Of a stretch of 49,440 nucleotides of DNA, positions 46,947 through 49,440 are shown one piece after another. The translations under genes and the position numbers were made by a program. This stretch comes from Ruminococcaceae bacterium UBA6392 (GTDB taxonomy: Bacteria > Bacillota > Clostridia > Oscillospirales > Acutalibacteraceae), in NCBI GenBank assembly GCA_002438685.1, contig DJQG01000013.1, positions 2,398 through 51,837 of the forward strand, written 5' to 3'. The notes under the pieces were generated by a model, which saw nothing but the letters and a program-made list of their open reading frames with translations, ran no database searches and was not told where the DNA came from. The first letter of the stretch is position 1, and every line of letters starts with the position of its first letter.

Positions 46947-49280
46947 TCAGCCCGGAGAATCGGAAACGCCGGTATTCGATTTGAAGTATACTGTGACCGT
47001 CGTGCCGTAATCGACGCTTTCGCCCTTCGCGATGCTCTGTCCGTAAGATGTGAGCTCGGAGTTGACGAGAGTGTTGCCGGATATCTTGACATTTATGCCC
47101 GCGGCAGCCGCAGTGCGGTTGACCTGGGTTATCGAAAGTCCCGTCAGATCGGGCACTTTGGTCTTTGTTTCAACGGGTCCGCCCTCGGTATAGAGCACGA
47201 CTATTCCGCCCTTGGGCACGCTCTGATAGGCGCCGGGGAGCTGGCTGATAACCTTATCGCCGTTGCCGATAACCTTGCAGTTGAAGCCTGCCGAGCGAAG
47301 CTCCGAAGAGACCTCCGAAACATTCTTGCCGACATAGTTGGAAACCGTCGTGTCGAGCTTTGCAAGCTCGCTCTCGGTATACTGCGGCTCAACATTGAGA
47401 TATTTGAGCGTTTTTTCCATAACCTGCGCGGCGACGGGAGCGGCTATCTGACCGCCCTGGATCTGACCGCCGTGCGGCTCATCGATAATAATAATTATTG
47501 CGACCTTCGGATCGTCCGCAGGGGCAAAGCAGCCGTAGGACGCGACGTGCTCACCGGTCTTGCCGAGCTTCTGCGAGGTACCGGTCTTGCCCGCGACGCG
47601 GTAGCCGATAACATATCCGTTTTTCGCCGTGCCTTCGTTGACGACACGGCGCATCATCTCGGCGACCTTCGCCGAGGTCTCCTCGCTTATCACCTGCCGC
47701 CTGACGGTCGGCTGAGTTTCGCTGACGACATTGCCGTTGTCGTCGAGGACTTTCGCGACGACATAGGGCTTCATCAGCTTTCCGCCGTTGGCTATGGCGG
47801 AGAGTGCTGTCACCATCTGAATGGGCGTGACCTGGAACGACTGACCGAACGAGGAGCTCGCGAGGTCGATGAGCGTCATACCCTCATGGGCGTGGTAAGT
47901 GACGCCCGCCTTGGGCTGAGTCTCCGCCGGGAGGTCAATTCCGGTCTTTTCCGTGAAGCCGAACGCCTCGAAATATTTGTAGAAATTATCAACGCCGAGG
48001 CGCTGACCCATGGTTATGAAATAAGAGTTGCAGGATTTTTTCAGACCGCCGACCATGTCGAGCGTGCCGTGAACCGTGTGCGCGTTGCAGTGGTAGGTCT
48101 GGGTGAGAATTTTTATTCCGCCCGCCACGCAGTCGACTTTTGTTGACTGATCCGCGACGCCCTGATCGAGAGCCGCCGAGGCGGTGATAGTCTTGAAAAC
48201 GGAACCTGGCTCATAGGTACTGCTGACATTCTGGTTTCGGACATTGTTATAGAACACATTGAGCTTCGCGTTGTTTCTATCCTCTTCCTGACCCTTTTTG
48301 ATTTCTTCTTCGGTCGGGGTCTTGCCCGCCTCTTCATATTTTGCGGCGCGCAACTCCTGGAGGCGTTTATATTCCTCCTCGACCTCCGCGTCGTCCGTTT
48401 CGCGCGGATTGTTCGGGTCATAGTCGCTCATGGTCGCCATGCCGAGTATAGCGCCGGTGTTGACATCCATAACTATACCGTTTGCATAGGCGCACTTGTT
48501 GTCAATATACGCCTGCTTGAGTGCTTCTTCAAGATAGCGCTGGATATTGCTGTTTATAGTCAACTGGAGCTTCTGTCCGTTCGTCGCATCGTAAAGAGTC
48601 TCGTACTGGAGCGGCATCGCCCTGCCGTAGGCGTCCTTTGCGGTGACCTTTCTGCCGGGGATACCGGAAAGAATGCTGTTATAGTAGAGCTCGATGCCCG
48701 CCTGACCGTTGCCCTCGGAGTTTGTGTATCCGATGATATGGCTGGCGAGATTGCCGTTGGGATAGTAGCGCTTGACATCGGGGTCTATGCCGACCATCGA
48801 ACTGCCGTAGGCATACTGCTTCTTGCCGTCCTTCGTGTATTCGTACTTTTTCTTTTTTATCTCAACTACTTTTTCTTTTTTGTCGTATTCAACCTGCTTT
48901 GCGATGACGAGATATCTGTATTTCGTCATCCGGAGCTTTTTCATCAGCGTGTCGCCGTTTATGTCGAGCGCTTCGCTCAGATCGAGACACAGCTGGGCGC
49001 GGACATTATCGTCCGGCACGCTGTAGGGATCTATATACACAAGCCACACGGACGCACTCTGGGCGAGAATATTTCCCTCGGAGTCATAAATAGTTCCGCG
49101 CTGAGCCGGTATCGCGGTATCGTAGAGCTGATTTTCCTCGGCCTTGCCTTTATAATAATCAGCCTGAACCACCTGGATGCGGAAGAGGTTGCCGACGCAG
49201 GCAAGGAAAGCTATGGCGATGATTGCTACCATCACCTTGGCGCGCCTGTCTTTTTCTTTTTTTGGCAATGTCTTCTGCAT
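46947..49280 (-). CDS. Class B PBP (FtsI/SpoVD-like) with two C-terminal PASTA domains
   Basis: RGTIYD, RYYP, SVFK, SCN, KTGT, two PASTA repeats. ATG 49280 follows GAAAGGGTGA. Confidence 0.93.
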   Translation of the reverse strand: MQKTLPKKEKDRRAKVMVAIIAIAFLACVGNLFRIQVVQADYYKGKAEENQLYDTAIPAQRGTIYDSEGNILAQSASVWLVYIDPYSVPDDNVRAQLCLDLSEALDINGDTLMKKLRMTKYRYLVIAKQVEYDKKEKVVEIKKKKYEYTKDGKKQYAYGSSMVGIDPDVKRYYPNGNLASHIIGYTNSEGNGQAGIELYYNSILSGIPGRKVTAKDAYGRAMPLQYETLYDATNGQKLQLTINSNIQRYLEEALKQAYIDNKCAYANGIVMDVNTGAILGMATMSDYDPNNPRETDDAEVEEEYKRLQELRAAKYEEAGKTPTEEEIKKGQEEDRNNAKLNVFYNNVRNQNVSSTYEPGSVFKTITASAALDQGVADQSTKVDCVAGGIKILTQTYHCNAHTVHGTLDMVGGLKKSCNSYFITMGQRLGVDNFYKYFEAFGFTEKTGIDLPAETQPKAGVTYHAHEGMTLIDLASSSFGQSFQVTPIQMVTALSAIANGGKLMKPYVVAKVLDDNGNVVSETQPTVRRQVISEETSAKVAEMMRRVVNEGTAKNGYVIGYRVAGKTGTSQKLGKTGEHVASYGCFAPADDPKVAIIIIIDEPHGGQIQGGQIAAPVAAQVMEKTLKYLNVEPQYTESELAKLDTTVSNYVGKNVSEVSSELRSAGFNCKVIGNGDKVISQLPGAYQSVPKGGIVVLYTEGGPVETKTKVPDLTGLSITQVNRTAAAAGINVKISGNTLVNSELTSYGQSIAKGESVDYGTTVTVYFKSNTGVSDSPG

Positions 49281-49325
49281 ATCTTCACCCTTTCGCCGCT
49301 CAATAAAAAGCCTTCTTAAATGTCC

Positions 49326-49354
49326 AAAAAGGGCAGACCTCAATCCGCCCTTTT
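49326..49354 (-). terminator. Hairpin/terminator upstream of the PBP gene
   Basis: AAAAGGGCGGA-TTGAGG-TCTGCCCTTTT-T. Confidence 0.5.
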
Positions 49355-49398
49355 CAACGCAACTCAGGCACATAATTATATGCCGTGCGATGCCCGTA

Positions 49399-49440
49399 CT
49401 ATTCTCCCGCTTTCGCTGAGCTGCCGTCATTATAAACGAC
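49399..49440 (-). CDS. Possible C-terminal end of the upstream dcw gene (FtsL-like position)
   Basis: Open frame ...VVYNDGSSAKAGE* ending at TAG 49401-49399; identity inferred only from synteny. Confidence 0.25.
   Translation of the reverse strand, partial: VVYNDGSSAKAGE

Noticed and set aside
49281..49430. 50-codon N-terminal extension of the FtsI/SpoVD-like ORF
   Set aside because: It spans a hairpin and intergenic sequence; the RBS precedes ATG 49280.

Overview
Core chromosomal segment of a spore-forming Clostridia-class bacterium (Oscillospirales-like; inferred from gene content, GC-rich codon usage and AT-rich sigmaA promoters). In order: a V/A-type ATPase operon (G/H-C-I-K-F-E-A-B, running off the left edge); two secreted PHP-fold paralogues divergent from two paralogous repeat lipoproteins; a LysM/G5/M23 cell-wall peptidase; rpmE; addBA; a sugar-phosphate isomerase; a CorC/HlyC protein; gltA with a membrane protein and an AEC transporter; spoIID; a small secreted gene interrupted by one in-frame TAG; an FHA-SEDS-PBP operon; a lipoprotein plus YmfI/FabG-like SDR; a zinc-ribbon membrane protein; dusB; and the dcw cluster (ftsI/spoVD-murE-mraY-ftsW-murG-murA-ftsQ-ftsZ). 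I saw no rRNA, tRNA, CRISPR array or transposase. The most interesting signals are a candidate ~90-nt sRNA with its own promoter and terminator directly behind ftsZ, complementary loss of metal ligands in the two PHP paralogues, a rotor subunit K with a leader and T/A-rich tail, a DTT(A) motif recurring in exported linkers, a WalR-type box at the M23 peptidase promoter, and the amber-interrupted gene. All calls were made by eye; no searches were run.
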